From the human T2T-CHM13v2.0 reference genome, Homo sapiens, in assembly GCF_009914755.1 (NCBI RefSeq), contig NC_060927.1: DNA of 64,000 nucleotides; one strand, 5' to 3'. How positions within the stretch are numbered: the stretch's first letter is position 1; each line of letters opens with the position of its first letter. Below the pieces are notes generated by a model, which had not been told where the DNA came from, did not search any database, and saw nothing but the letters and a program-made list of their open reading frames with translations. The position numbers and the translations under genes are program-made. Shown in pieces: positions 41,853 through 53,981 of the stretch.

Positions 41853-42864
41853 CTACTTTAGGGGGAATAAATAATCAGATTGGTCAGAACTGGAACATTT
41901 GTTGAGCCATATTTTCTAAAGGATGGAATAACTAAATTACAAACACAACCCCAGCCCATCCGTTGCTTTGTTGTGGTTGCATTCTACTGGTGATGGTGTT
42001 TGGGGCAGGTCCTGCTCTTCCGTTCAGCCAGGCAGGGGAACAAATCTCCTTTGCAGATTCAGATACCTTCACACAGGTTGACCTCAAGATCCAGGCTTAT
42101 GGAAGAAATAAAAGGTGTTTGGTGACCTTGAATCCAAGCTACATTCTCAAAAATTATTTACCAGACCCCAGCATTTGAGGATCACTGGGCGCTTGCCCAG
42201 CCATGGGTAAAGCTGATGTGTTGTGTCAGTTTCTCACATCCACTGGTTAAGACCCTGGGAAGGAGGAGGGCTGAGTCTTGGCCCCCTCCCAGCTTCCAAC
42301 GATGCTGTGTGTCAGCATTGTAGACAAGAGCTTGCAAACTCCTAACTCTTCCTCTGATTCTGGCTGCCTCTTCAGACAGCCTCTGTATCCCAGTTTTCAA
42401 GACACGTCTGTGTGTGTGTGTGTGTATCTATGCATATATTTTAAAGTAATCCTGTTTTAACTAGCATAGCTGTTACTTTTATGTGTTATTATAAAACTGT
42501 GCTTCAGCTGTCAGCATGCTGTTCTCCCACCATATGTTTCCCCTGTGCTTTCCTGACACTGCCTTTCCCAGGGCCCAGAGATGGCAGAGGGAAGCTCTGA
42601 AACACAGCGCAATTCTGAAAAGCTTTGTCTTCTCGCTTATTGCTCTTAAAACTTTCCTTTGCCGAGTCAGGAAGATGCTCCTGTATCTCCACCTGTTTGT
42701 GCTTTGGGGCATGAAGCCTAGCTCCTGTAACTTGTTTCATAACCCAATGCTGAAATTGCTGTTGCTACCATTGTATTGTAACAGAAGGGAAAAGAGAGAG
42801 TGGGTTAGGATTTTATATCTTCTATGTGGGAAAGCCATCATGTTCCTTTGGGTTTTTAAAAGCC

Positions 42865-43200
42865 CTTGCATTTGTACAGTGCTTTATGGTTCATGAGGTG
42901 TTTTTGTATTTATTATTTTCATTGATGCTGACAACACTAAATGCTTGCCCCATACTTATTTTCTATTTACCAATAAAATGGTGAAGATCAGACATTCAGC
43001 AGGCATTATTTGAACACTTACTGTGTGCTGGGCACTAAGAATTTGAGGATGAGCATATTGTTATTATTTATTTATCTTTGTGTATTTATTATTTAGTTAT
43101 ATTTTATAGATGAGGAAATAGACTGAGAGAAATTAATTATCTTCAGTCATCCAGATAGTAAATAGTGGAGTAAAATCCTCAAACTTAGTTTTTTTTCATT
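42865..43200 (-). mobile_element. MIR/L2 remnants inside the L1-interrupting insert
   Basis: atttgaacacttactgtgtgctgggcactaag; attttatagatgaggaaatagactgagagaaattaa. Confidence 0.55.
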
Positions 43201-43529
43201 TCAGCTTTAGTATAGTTCTTTTATAAACCATTCTAACTTGTCCCTCAGTTAGCTTCCTTTAACTTACCACTTCTCACTTGAAACATCTTTTTTTTTCTAA
43301 TTTAGCTCAAAGGCTGATAGAATAAGCAATTATGTAGAGTATCTGATAGGCCCCATGTATTAATTATTAATGCTAGCTAATATCAGAAATGAGAATGAAT
43401 GTCTTTAAAAAATTATAGATTTAATGAATTCAGACTAAAGCATTATGAAGAACAGAAAGGTAGCCCTGAAGGAGAATAGAAGGGTATTAGAATTGTCTTC
43501 TGTGCATTTTCCACACTGATGGGTGGATA

Positions 43530-43752
43530 GCTCTTGGCGCCTTTGTCGTGAAATCTTTGCCCATGCCTATGTCCTGAATGGTATTGCCTAGGTTGTCTTC
43601 CAGAGATTTTATAGTTTTAGGTTTTACATTTAAGTTTTTAATCCATCTTGAGTTAATTTTTGTATATGGTATAAGTAAGGGGTCCAGTTTCAATTCTCTG
43701 CATATGGCTAGCCAGTTATCCCAGCACCATTTATTGAATAGGGAATCCTTTT
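43530..43752 (-). mobile_element. Continuation (5' segment) of the same L1PA
   Basis: Resumes at the next consensus bases (gctcttggcgcctttgtcgtgaaatctttgcccatgcctatgtcctgaatgg); encodes ORF2 remnant [47 protein letters not shown]. Confidence 0.92.
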
Positions 43753-43789
43753 ATAGGAAAGCTGAATATTATAAATACTTTTAAGAATA

Positions 43790-44008
43790 GGAAGAATAGA
43801 AAGAGAAGGGACAGAAGTTCCCTACCAGATGAGTAGATGAATTAGGAGATAAGAAACATTACTCTTTTCTCCAAATAGTATGATTGGTGTCATTAGCTGC
43901 CTTATGTCTAATTAACATATGTACCAAAGGAACTCCATGTAGATAATATGTGAAATCCAGAAGACTGTAGCAGTGACTTCCATAGATATTCTATGTTTGG
44001 GATGATAA
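43790..44008 (+). repeat. Right arm of the ~215-bp inverted repeat
   Basis: Reverse complement matches 41638-41852, e.g. exact block ctggatttcacatattatctacatggagttcctt. Confidence 0.93.
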
Positions 44009-45066
44009 TACGAGCAGTTGACCTAGGCTTGTATATCGATACAACCATAAATAACCAGGTTCACAATGTAAGACATATAGTCATTTGCCAAGGAATAAAT
44101 TATCAATATGACACGAGAAATACCTGATTAGAGAAAAGTCATATTAATATAATGACTGAAGCCTTCTTGTATGATCAACTATCATAAGACCTTTCTAATT
44201 TAGATGTCATTGATTTGCATTTATCATAATTTAAATTGGACCAAGATAGGGTTTTCCAAGCCGAAAGGTAATGCTTGGAGAAGATACTTCCCCATCTTAA
44301 AGAGGTTCAAATCATAAAAAGCCCACTTTGAAGAAGTTTTAGGCACTTGAGAAGCACTGATTTCTATAAGGCAGGACATAGAGCTTAAGAGGAATTTATG
44401 ATTTTTAGTGAAATTTCCTCATTTTATAGATGAAAACACAGGCCCTGGGAGACAAAGAGACCCCAAAGCCACACAGCAGCGAAACCCACACCAGATGATC
44501 CCATCACAAATGACCACTTTTTCTACTCAATGCTACCCCTCTTCTCTTGCTTTGGTAATGACAAATTGCTCTTGCCTAGTAAAGAAATCTTAGGCTTGCA
44601 TTTGGCTACACTCGACTGCCCCATATTTAGCTGGAGACTTTTGCTATAAAGCTATATTTCTTGTTAAATACTCCACAACTCAGAATTTCTGTAAAGCAGG
44701 ATGGTCTTGCTGTAAGTATATCTGCATTAAGTTAGTTGTTATTGTTTTGTCTTGCCATGTTATATTGTATTCTGGGGTTTCTTTTGTTCGTTTCATTTTG
44801 TTTTGTTTTGCTACAGCACAGTGCTTAATGAATGGAGACTTTAAAGATGATGGATGTTACTGCTACTTGTTTATAAAATACTGAATAGTTCTGGAGAAAA
44901 CTCCCTATTTGCTTAGGTGTTGCTATGTAAATCTCAGAAGGGACACATGGATTTTCCATGTGATTGATATGGTCAATGATCTCCATTATCCCCCATGCCA
45001 CAGAGAAACTTGAGAGATAAGGAGTATAGAGAAGAGGCAAGAAGATGACACAGAATTTCATGCTGG

Positions 45067-45783
45067 TGTAGCCACTGGGTGGGTTCCTCTTGTCCACCTC
45101 CCAAATTGAGCTGATTTATCAAGACAGAGGAACTGCAGTGGAGAAAGAGTTTAATACCCACAGAGCCGGCTAAAGGGGAGACTAGAGTTTTATTATTACT
45201 CAGCTCAGCCTTCCTGAAAATGTGGAGGCTAGGAGTTTTCAGAGAGTTTGGCAGGTGGGGAGCTAGGAAATGGGAAACGCCAATTAATTAGGTCAGGGAT
45301 GAAATCATAGGGGGTTGGAGCAGGTTCTTCTTGCTGTCTTCTGTTCCTGGGTGGGATTGCAGAACTAGTTGAGCCAGATTGCCAGTCTGGGTGGCAGCGG
45401 CTGGTCTGTCACAATGCAAGGTCTGAAAACTGTCTTGGACACTGATCTTAGGTTTTACAACAGCAATGTTATCTGCAGGAGCAATTGGTGAGGTTAGGAA
45501 TCTTATGGTCTCTGGCTGCATGATTCCTGACCACACTTTCTAATTCTGTGGCTAATTTGTTAGTTTTACAAAGGTGGTCTGCTCCCCAAGTAAGGAGGTA
45601 GTTTGTTTTGGGGAGGGGCTGTTATACTCTTTGTTTCAAAGTTAAACTACAAACTAAATTCCTTCCAAAGTTACTTTGGCTAACACACAGGAATGAACAA
45701 GGGTAGTTTAAAGGTTAAAAGAAAGATGGAGTCAGTTAGGTCAGATTTCTTTCACTGTCATAATTTTTGGAAAGGCAGTTTCA
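45067..45783 (-). mobile_element. LTR8 (A/B-like) ERV1 solo LTR
   Basis: tgtagcc...gatttatcaagacag...gagttttattattactca...gatggagtcagttaggtcagatttctttcactgtcataattttt...aggcagtttca; TSD ctgg/gtgg. Confidence 0.88.
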
Positions 45784-46094
45784 GTGGGAAACGCATGTAA
45801 AATGGATTTGGGTCAAGTTCTATTGTCTGCTTATCACTAATCAATTCTTGGAAGCAGGAATTCCTAAGGATGGGGAAACGTTGACCTTCCATGAAACTAA
45901 CGGGCCACCTTGAAGTCTTATCCATGCCAGTCCTGTTATGTTGGGCTCCTCGTTCTCCAAGCACACTTTTGACTCTCTCTTTTAGCTATGCCTGGAAATA
46001 TCTCTAGTGGAAATAATTCTGTTTAGTCTCACAGCTCAGAAGTACTTCCTACACTATTTATCCAAATCCTACCTTTCACTACCTAGCTAGAGGA

Positions 46095-46235
46095 AACCTG
46101 AGTTTGAATGCCAGCTGCAGGATTTACTGGGTGTGAGACCAAGGGTAAGTCAGGCAAATCATTGAATTTCTCTGACTCTCATTTCCTGAGCTATAAAATG
46201 AGATAATAATAGTAGCTACTTTATAGGTACTCACT
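46095..46235 (+). mobile_element. MIR SINE
   Basis: acctgagtttgaatgccagct...ttctctgactctcatttcctgagctataaaatgagataataat. Confidence 0.65.
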
Positions 46236-46669
46236 ATACAACTTGTGTGTGCATCACAAAAATACAGCATTAGTTCGTCAATGACAAGTGATGTTTTATA
46301 TTATTCATATTATTTTCTTTCCATTAGAGACACTTCAGTACTTCAGTGAGGACAGCTCACCCCATGTGAGGAAACCTGAGTGAACTGGCACTATAATTTC
46401 TAAATCATTCCAGTGATAGCTTAAAATCTGTGGTGAATTAGTGACTAAGGAAGCTGCCCTGTCCAGCTCTGAGAACAAGGCTGTATTCATTTCCCTGCAC
46501 TGCTGAAACAAAGCACCAAAAACTAGGTGGCTGAAACTACAGAAATGTGTTATCTCGCAGTTCTGGAGGGTGGAAATCTGAAATCACATGTCAGGGGGGC
46601 CGAGCTCTTTCTCTCTCTCTCTCTCTCTCTCTGAAGACTCTAGGAAAGAATCCTTCCTTGTAGCTGCTA

Positions 46670-47205
46670 TTAGGTTGGTGCAAAAGTAATTGTGGTTTTT
46701 GCCATTGAAAGTAATGGCAAAAATTGCGATTACACTAAGAGAGGAGACCACCCCTCATATTGTCTTATGCCCAATTTCTGCCTCCAAAGAAAGAAGAAGT
46801 AAAAACTAAAAGGCAGAAGTGAAATCCACAGGCAGACAGCCCAGCGCCGCGCCCTGGGCCTGGTTAAACATTGACCCCTGACCTAACCGGTTATGTTACC
46901 TATAGATTCCAGACATTATATGGAAAAGCATTGTGAAAATCCCTGTCCTGTTCTGTTCCATTCTGATTACTGGTGCATGCAGCCCCCAGTCACGTACCCA
47001 CTGTTTGCTCAATCGATCACGACCCTCTCACGCGGACTCCCTTAGAGTTCTAAGCCCTTAAAAGGGACAGGAATTGCTCACTCGGGAGCTCAGTTGTTGG
47101 AGACGTGAGTCTTGCCAAAGCTCCCGGCCAAATAAAGCCCTTCCTTCTTTAACTCGGTGTCTGAGGGGTTTTGTCTGCAGCTTGCCTGCTACAACACTAA
47201 CCAAA
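46670..47205. mobile_element. MADE1 mariner MITE (46670-46735 + 47198-47205), split by LTR2
   Basis: ttaggttggtgcaaaagtaattgtggtttttgccattgaaagtaatggcaaaaattgcgattac matches MADE1; remnant taaccaaa after the LTR. Confidence 0.9.
46736..47193 (+). mobile_element. LTR2/LTR2B (HERV-E) solo LTR, complete
   Basis: taagagaggagaccacccctcatattgtcttatgcccaatttctgcctccaaag start; AATAAA 47131-47136; ends cctgctaca; exact 4-bp TSD acac. Confidence 0.92.
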
Positions 47206-47722
47206 CATCTTCTGGTGTTTGCTGGCAGTCCTTGGCACTCCTTGGTTTGTAGATGCCTCTTCCAGTCACATGGTATCTTCTCCCTGTGTGTCCTCATGAC
47301 ATCATGACATCTTTTCTCTGCACATGTCTGTTTCTGTGTCCAAATTTCCCCCTTGTACGACATCAGTCATACAAGATTGGAGTCCATTCTGATGATCTCA
47401 TTTTAATGTGATTATTTCTATATGACTGTATCTCCAAATAAAGTCACATACAAAGTTACTAGGGGTTAGGATTTCCACATATATTTTTGGGGACACACAA
47501 TTCAACCCTTCACATGAAACTAACACATGGTAAGTGAATCATTAAAATAAGCTCTTGTTATTATATTACTGTCTGTATTATATTATATTTATTATATTAC
47601 TGTCAGCTTTGCTCAACATAACAGTATATTCTCTCCATTTTATCCACATTTGTTTTTTCTCCTCAACTGACTGCAGTAAATCCGCTAACCACAGAAGCCA
47701 TGTGTTATTTATTTACTTTTAG

Positions 47723-48094
47723 TGTATTAATCCACTGAGGCTACCATAGCAGAATACTACAGACGAGGCGGGTTAAATAACAGAAACGTATTTTCTCCAG
47801 GTTTGAACACTGGAAATCGAAGCTCAAGGCACTGGCAGCGTTGGCTTCTGGTGAGGCTTCTCATCCTGGCTTGCAGATGTTCTCCTTTCTGCTGGGTCCC
47901 CACCCAGCCTTCCCTCTGTGCACAGGCATCCTGGCATCTTCCTCTTCTTCTAAGGACACTAGTTTTATTAGATTAGGAACCCACTCTTATAATATCCTTT
48001 AACCCTAATTACCTCCTTCAAGGCCCTATCTCCAAATACAGTCACATTGAGTTCTGCCTATGAATTTTAGGGGGACACAATTCAGTTCATAACA
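47723..48094 (-). mobile_element. MLT1A-type MaLR solo LTR
   Basis: tgtattaatcc...ttctggtgaggcttctcatcctggcttgcagatg...ccctatctccaaatacagtcacattg...ggggacacaattcagttcataaca. Confidence 0.88.
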
Positions 48095-49099
48095 ATGATA
48101 TTCTTTCCTAAGAAGAGGTCTGGCCATGTGGTGGCAATTAACAAGTTCTACTTAGCAAAACGTTCACATATTCACTGGAAGAAGAAAAAAACGTTCCTGA
48201 ATATCTGTGTGTGGGGAAGAGAAGGATGGAAGGGTGTTCCTCATAAATTCTCTAGCTGAATTATTTTTTTTCATATATACCACTAGTCTGAAGCACAAAT
48301 ATGTGGATTTCTAGATAAAGCAACCCCACAGATAATCCAAATATTTGTTTCAAGTCAGGTATTCTGCTGAATTCAGAGGAGCATCCCCAAACAAAAATTA
48401 TGTTTTCAGCTCCTCCCAAAGTCTTCACTTTGCTGATAGCAAGCAATCTGTGAGCTAAAGGCAAACCATAGTATCTTCTCTTAATTTTCCAGGATAATGC
48501 AGATAAAGCTGCCACAGATCTCTCTCTCAAATCGTGAGTAGAAGGCTCAGAAATCCCTTTTTCCAGGACTCTGTAATGACTGACCTCTGGGACACTGTGT
48601 CTCCTTATGTTTCAAAAGGTTCAGGATTGGCCACAGCACAGTCAAAAAACAGATATCATAAAATCCACCTGTACTCTGCATCCAGCTCACCTGGGACCCT
48701 TGTAAGGCTGCACGATCTCCTCTCTCAGGTGTCCCAGGCCCAGGAATGTCTGTGCAACTTATTAGGAGGTGAAACCCACTCACCTTCTTGTATCTACCAG
48801 ACACCCTCTCACTTACCTTGAGGGATAATTTCCAGAAGTTTTGCTGGCATGCATGTTCCATGAGTGGGGCCTGGGCACTTTAACCATCAGGGCCGTCATC
48901 TTAATTTACCCTGTCTGGGGAGACTGAGGAAGTGGAAACCAGCACAGGCTTGTCAGAAGCCTGAAATCTTTTTGCAGAACCTCATGCTGCTCTGATATTC
49001 CTTTATTCTATGACCACCCTATTGGCATTTACATATTTAGTTTAAAGTGGGTTATTAGATCTCTTGTAAGTGACCCTGTAACTATTCTCATGTTATTAT

Positions 49100-49240
49100 A
49101 TTCATCCATTCATTCATTTATTAGCGAATCATTTATTAAGGGTAACTACTGTGAGCTAAACCTCGTACCAGGCAATGGGATATGAGGAGGAACCGAAGAG
49201 ATGAGTCCTTGTCTTGAAGGAGGATGTTAAGTTGTAGAAG
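49100..49240 (-). mobile_element. L2 3' end
   Basis: ttcatccattcattcatttatt...atttattaagggtaactactgtg...gtccttgtcttgaaggag. Confidence 0.6.
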
Positions 49241-51349
49241 TCTGCCTCCAACTAGAGTTGAAGGCAAAGAAAAGGTCTCTGGAGTATTTTGTACTCCCCA
49301 ACAGTGGTGATGGCCGGGTTGTGCTCACAGCAGGTGCTCAATAAGTAACTGGTGCGTCACATACCAGATGTACAGAGTCAGCTTTGTTGCCTGGGTAGCT
49401 ACTGATTTATGGCTCCACATGGTCACCCTTTCTAACCTTCTCATTGCCTTCTGTACCAAGGCTATACTCTTCTTCCTTTTGCAAGTATCTCTCTCTTTCT
49501 GACAGCACAAAACATGCTCCCATTCCCCTGGTCTCTTCTCATATCCTGACCAGACCAGCCCAAGCAGAACAGAAATATTGGAGGACTGGGAGAAATTTGT
49601 TCCTCTGCCCACACAGGCTATCAGACAGAATGGCTGGGCTGTTTCTCCAAATGAAATACAAAGTTAAAACCATTCCTAATCACATTAACCACTGTCAGGA
49701 ATAAGCTGGTTAGTTACAAAGCATGATAATGCAGAGAAAATTCTAATTAAGAGAAATGAGAGAATCTAACACATATCATCAGTCATTATGCTGTCATCCT
49801 TTTCCAATATAACAAGATGTGGTTTGTGCGAAGTGTCTGGCTATCGCTTTTGAAAGAGAACTATTTATAATTAGAATTGTGTTGAATATTTAAAAGTTGC
49901 AAAATTACCATGTCTCTAGGGGAAAATGTCTGTGGAACCATGCAACAACAAATCCAGAAAGATTGAGGATGCATTTAAGAGCCTCCAAGTTTGCATTAAA
50001 CAAGGAAAATGGGCCATAGCAATGAAAAGCAACATGCATTTCATAAAGCCATCCTGCTAATTAATTGTCATCTCACAAATGCTGCTAAGCCTTTTGAGTG
50101 ATGATGAACGTCACCGTTCACAATTATTCAGTAAATCAAAATATGAAGGTTTGTTACCTTATTTTTGCAGGCTTTATGGAGGACTTAATAGTTCCTCCCA
50201 TGTCCAGTGACCATTTATCTAGACCACTCGCTATCCACAACATCAGAGAAAAACTACCAGAAATAAAACTCTGAGTACCTAAAATAGCTAACGCAAAGCC
50301 CTTGTACCTTTATTCACTGGGTAGACCTCAGAACCTCACTGAGACACTTTAAAATAAAACAACTTGCCATTATAGAATATTTCAAACTATAGAAAAATAG
50401 AGAGTATGGTATAATGACTCCCTCTTTACCACTTAGATTATTTTGACGCATATGTAAGATATAAAACTTCAACTGTAAATATTTCAGTTTGTATTTCTAA
50501 AAGATATAAGCTCCAAAAAGACTCCCATAAAAATGACCATCACTGTACCTAAAACAATTAACAATAATGTGGCTTTCTTTCCTTCAACAGACTTACAGCA
50601 GTAGATTAGGTGGGGCAGGGAGGAAGGGCACGTAGCCACCGACTAGCTGAATAATTTTAGGGAACTCGTTTAATTTCCCTAAGCTTCAGTTGCCTCAAAA
50701 ATACATGTAATTGTTATGGTTAAATCAAAGATGATGTAATGTAGATGCAGAATCCTACACAGTGCCTGGCATACACAAAGTATGCAATGTAAGCTATTAT
50801 CATTAAAATGGTTAAAACAAAAATGTCGTCAGCACTGTAAAAAGTAAATGAGAGCTCTCTGGAAATTTACTTAGATGAATTATCGATGACCACCGTGTTT
50901 CTTAATCAATAATGGAAACTTTTCAAACTCATGTTCTGTAACTTCTCACTTGCCTCTGATACTACTATGGAGCACACACTCCTTCTGGAAGTAGTCTCCT
51001 CTCCTCTCTTGGCTTCTGTGATAACAAGAAAACTGTGGTTGCTCCTTCTTAATCTCCAATGAGGGCACCTCCTCGCAACACGGCCATTCAAAGCTAGAAT
51101 TCTTCAAAGTTCAGTCCCAGTCCTAATTCTATATTGCTTTTCTATTCACTCTACAGTCTCAACAGATTTTTAGCAACTCCCATGGTTACAAATATGATTT
51201 AAGCACTAGCAACTTTCAAATGTATATCTCTGACCCAGATCTCACTTCTCAGCTCTAGATATTTATAACCAACTCCTTAACAGTCATCTTCATCTGAGTG
51301 CCCCACAACATTTCATGTACATGTCCAAAACTGAATTCCTACATACTCT

Positions 51350-51843
51350 GTTTTAGAATCTATTGCAGCAAATTATTGTTTCTCATGCTTCTGTAGGTTA
51401 CCTGGATGGTTCTTCCGCTCACGTAGTGCAGCTAGGGTGCTGAGAAGGCTGGAAGGTCCAAGATTCACATAGCTGACAGTCCATGCTGGCTTCCAGCTCG
51501 AGGCCAGCTGGGATTATCAGCCATGGGTTCTGATTCTCCTTCATGTTAGCATCTCCGTGTAGCCACTTGAGATTCCTCAAAGATGGCAACTGGATTCCAA
51601 GGAGGAACATTTCAAGAAACAAAGGCAGAAGTTGCAATTCTCTTAAATATCAGGCTCAGAAGCTATAAAGCATCACTTCCACTATATTCTATTAGACAAA
51701 GCAGACCACAGGATCAGCCCAGATTCAAGGGGAAGGGAAATAAGTTCTGCCTCTTAGTGGGAGAGTGGTAAGGTCACACTGTAAAAAAAAGCAGGTGAGG
51801 TGGGAGATACCGTTGCAGCCATTTTTGGAAACAAAATGTACTA
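51350..51843 (-). mobile_element. MLT1 (G/H-like) MaLR LTR
   Basis: catcacttccactatattctattagacaaagcagaccacaggatcagcccagattcaaggggaaggg...gttgcagccatttttggaaac. Confidence 0.7.
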
Positions 51844-52621
51844 TATTCTCTCTAATGGTGTTCCTTTTCCAGAGTTCCCCTTCTCATAAATTATATCATT
51901 AAGTACTCAGTTGCTGCCGCCATGATTATCCTCGACTTCTCCTTTTCCCTCATCCTCCATGTCTCCTCACTCACTGAATGTTACCGTTTTTACTTTCAAT
52001 ATCTATTATGAGTCTGTCTCCTCCTCTCCATATCCATGGTCACACCCTAATTCAAACCCCAGCTCAAGCCATTGTCATCCCCTGTCTGGATTCCTGCCAG
52101 GTGTCCCCTTATTCACTTTCCCTGTCTTTAATCCATTCTTCACAGAGCAGAAGGAACTATCAGTTCTCTAGTGAAAACCCATCAGTATTTTTTCATGGCT
52201 ATTTTAATAAAGTTTAGATTTTTAACCTGGCCCACAGAGTCCTCTATGAACTGTCTTCTGTCCATGTCTACAGCTTTATTCTCTTTTTTACCACTCTCCC
52301 CTGTACCCTCCCCTCCCCACCCCACACACAATCATCTTCTCATGGGGGCCTTCTCTTATTCCTCCAATGAATCACACTCTTTCCTACATCAGGGCTTTTA
52401 CCCATGCTGTTCCCTCTGTCTGAAATTCCCTACCTCCTACTCTCAACTCAGCTAATCCCTACATCTCTTTCACATCACAGGGGAAACCCCACTTCCTCAG
52501 GGAAGCCTTTCCTAACCTCTAAGGTCAGGATAAGTTCCTCTATAGATGCTGTTGTGGTACGGAGTGCTATTAATGTGTAGCACTTATCATATTAGCAATT
52601 AAAGAGTTATTCATTTAATTA

Positions 52622-53248
52622 CAGTCATTCTTGCTATTCACAGTCCTTAGGTTCTACAAAGTCACTGTGAACACTAAATTAGCAAATACAAGATTGGGTT
52701 CCTGCAAGCCTCTGGTTAGGAGAGTTTCATCAACAGCTCAATTCATGACTTTGTCTGATGCCTGTGTCTGTTTAAAGACACAGTATCTACTATATATTGC
52801 TGTTTCATTAGCATCAAACTCATGCGGCCAACAGCTCTGTAACTCATGATTCAGTGAATCTTATCTAACACACATATTTTCTCCATAAAGCACATCACAG
52901 CCTTCTTGTGCTTAGAAACACTAGACAGCACTTCAGCACTACATTTGGGGGTCCTTTGAAACAGCAAAATCACCACAATTTTGCATTTTGTATATAAAAA
53001 TGCAAAAAAACATGGTGCTAAATCTACCACAATAAGGATACTTCTTTACATTCTGAGAGGTGAAACAAGAAGGTAGAGCATCACCTTGTTCAACCTCAGC
53101 TTGCAACAACTTGAATTCTGCGCTGCTCTGTGCATGTCCCTGAATGACTATGAAAGGGCTGTGAGTATGGATTTTAGGCTTACAAACAAATGTTGGTGAG
53201 TAAACAAATTTGCAAATACAGAATCCACAAAAAATGAGGGATTGACTC
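52622..53248 (-). mobile_element. MER82 (TcMar-Tigger)
   Basis: cagtcattcttgctattcac...aaatttgcaaatacagaatccacaaaaaatgagggattgact; accttgttcaacctcagct core. Confidence 0.85.
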
Positions 53249-53526
53249 TCCTTATTTAATGAATGTTTCCCTTGCTAGAGTATAAGCTTCATGAGAACAG
53301 GAGTCCAGTCTGTCTCGTTCACTGTTTCCCACCGTGCCTCACACAGAATATGCATTTGTCCAGCAAATAAACTTATATAATTTTATTCTTCCTTTGAGGA
53401 TACAAAACTTAATTCTCAACCCCAATTTCCATATAAGTTATAAAGAAATAATAGGATGTACTCAGCAAGAATAGATGGAATAGAAAGGCCAAAGTGAGAG
53501 GAGCCCTTATTAAAACTGTAGTAGGC

Positions 53527-53981
<455 letters not shown>

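Larger units (their letters stand above)
46482..47514 (-). mobile_element. MLT1C LTR split by MADE1 and LTR2, with a short internal (CT)n
   Basis: tgtattcatttccc...caccaaaaactaggtggc...ctctaggaaagaatccttccttg; resumes cttctggtgtttgctggcagtccttggcactccttgg and ends ttcaacccttcaca. Confidence 0.85.
50890..53375 (+). mobile_element. Long L2 remnant interrupted by MLT1 (~51350-51840) and MER82
   Basis: atgtccaaaactgaattc, atgctgttccctctgtctgaaat, cacttcctcagggaagcctttcct, ctagagtataagcttcatgagaacagg. Confidence 0.7.

Noticed and set aside
41963-42896. ORFs within the L1-interrupting insert suggesting a retrocopy
   Set aside because: No poly-A and no recognisable protein; the insert carries MIR/L2 remnants like ordinary genomic DNA.
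43487-43693. ORFs with real protein similarity (also 32627-32863 and 24389-24628)
   Set aside because: L1 ORF2 or 3'UTR remnants of truncated elements, not genes.
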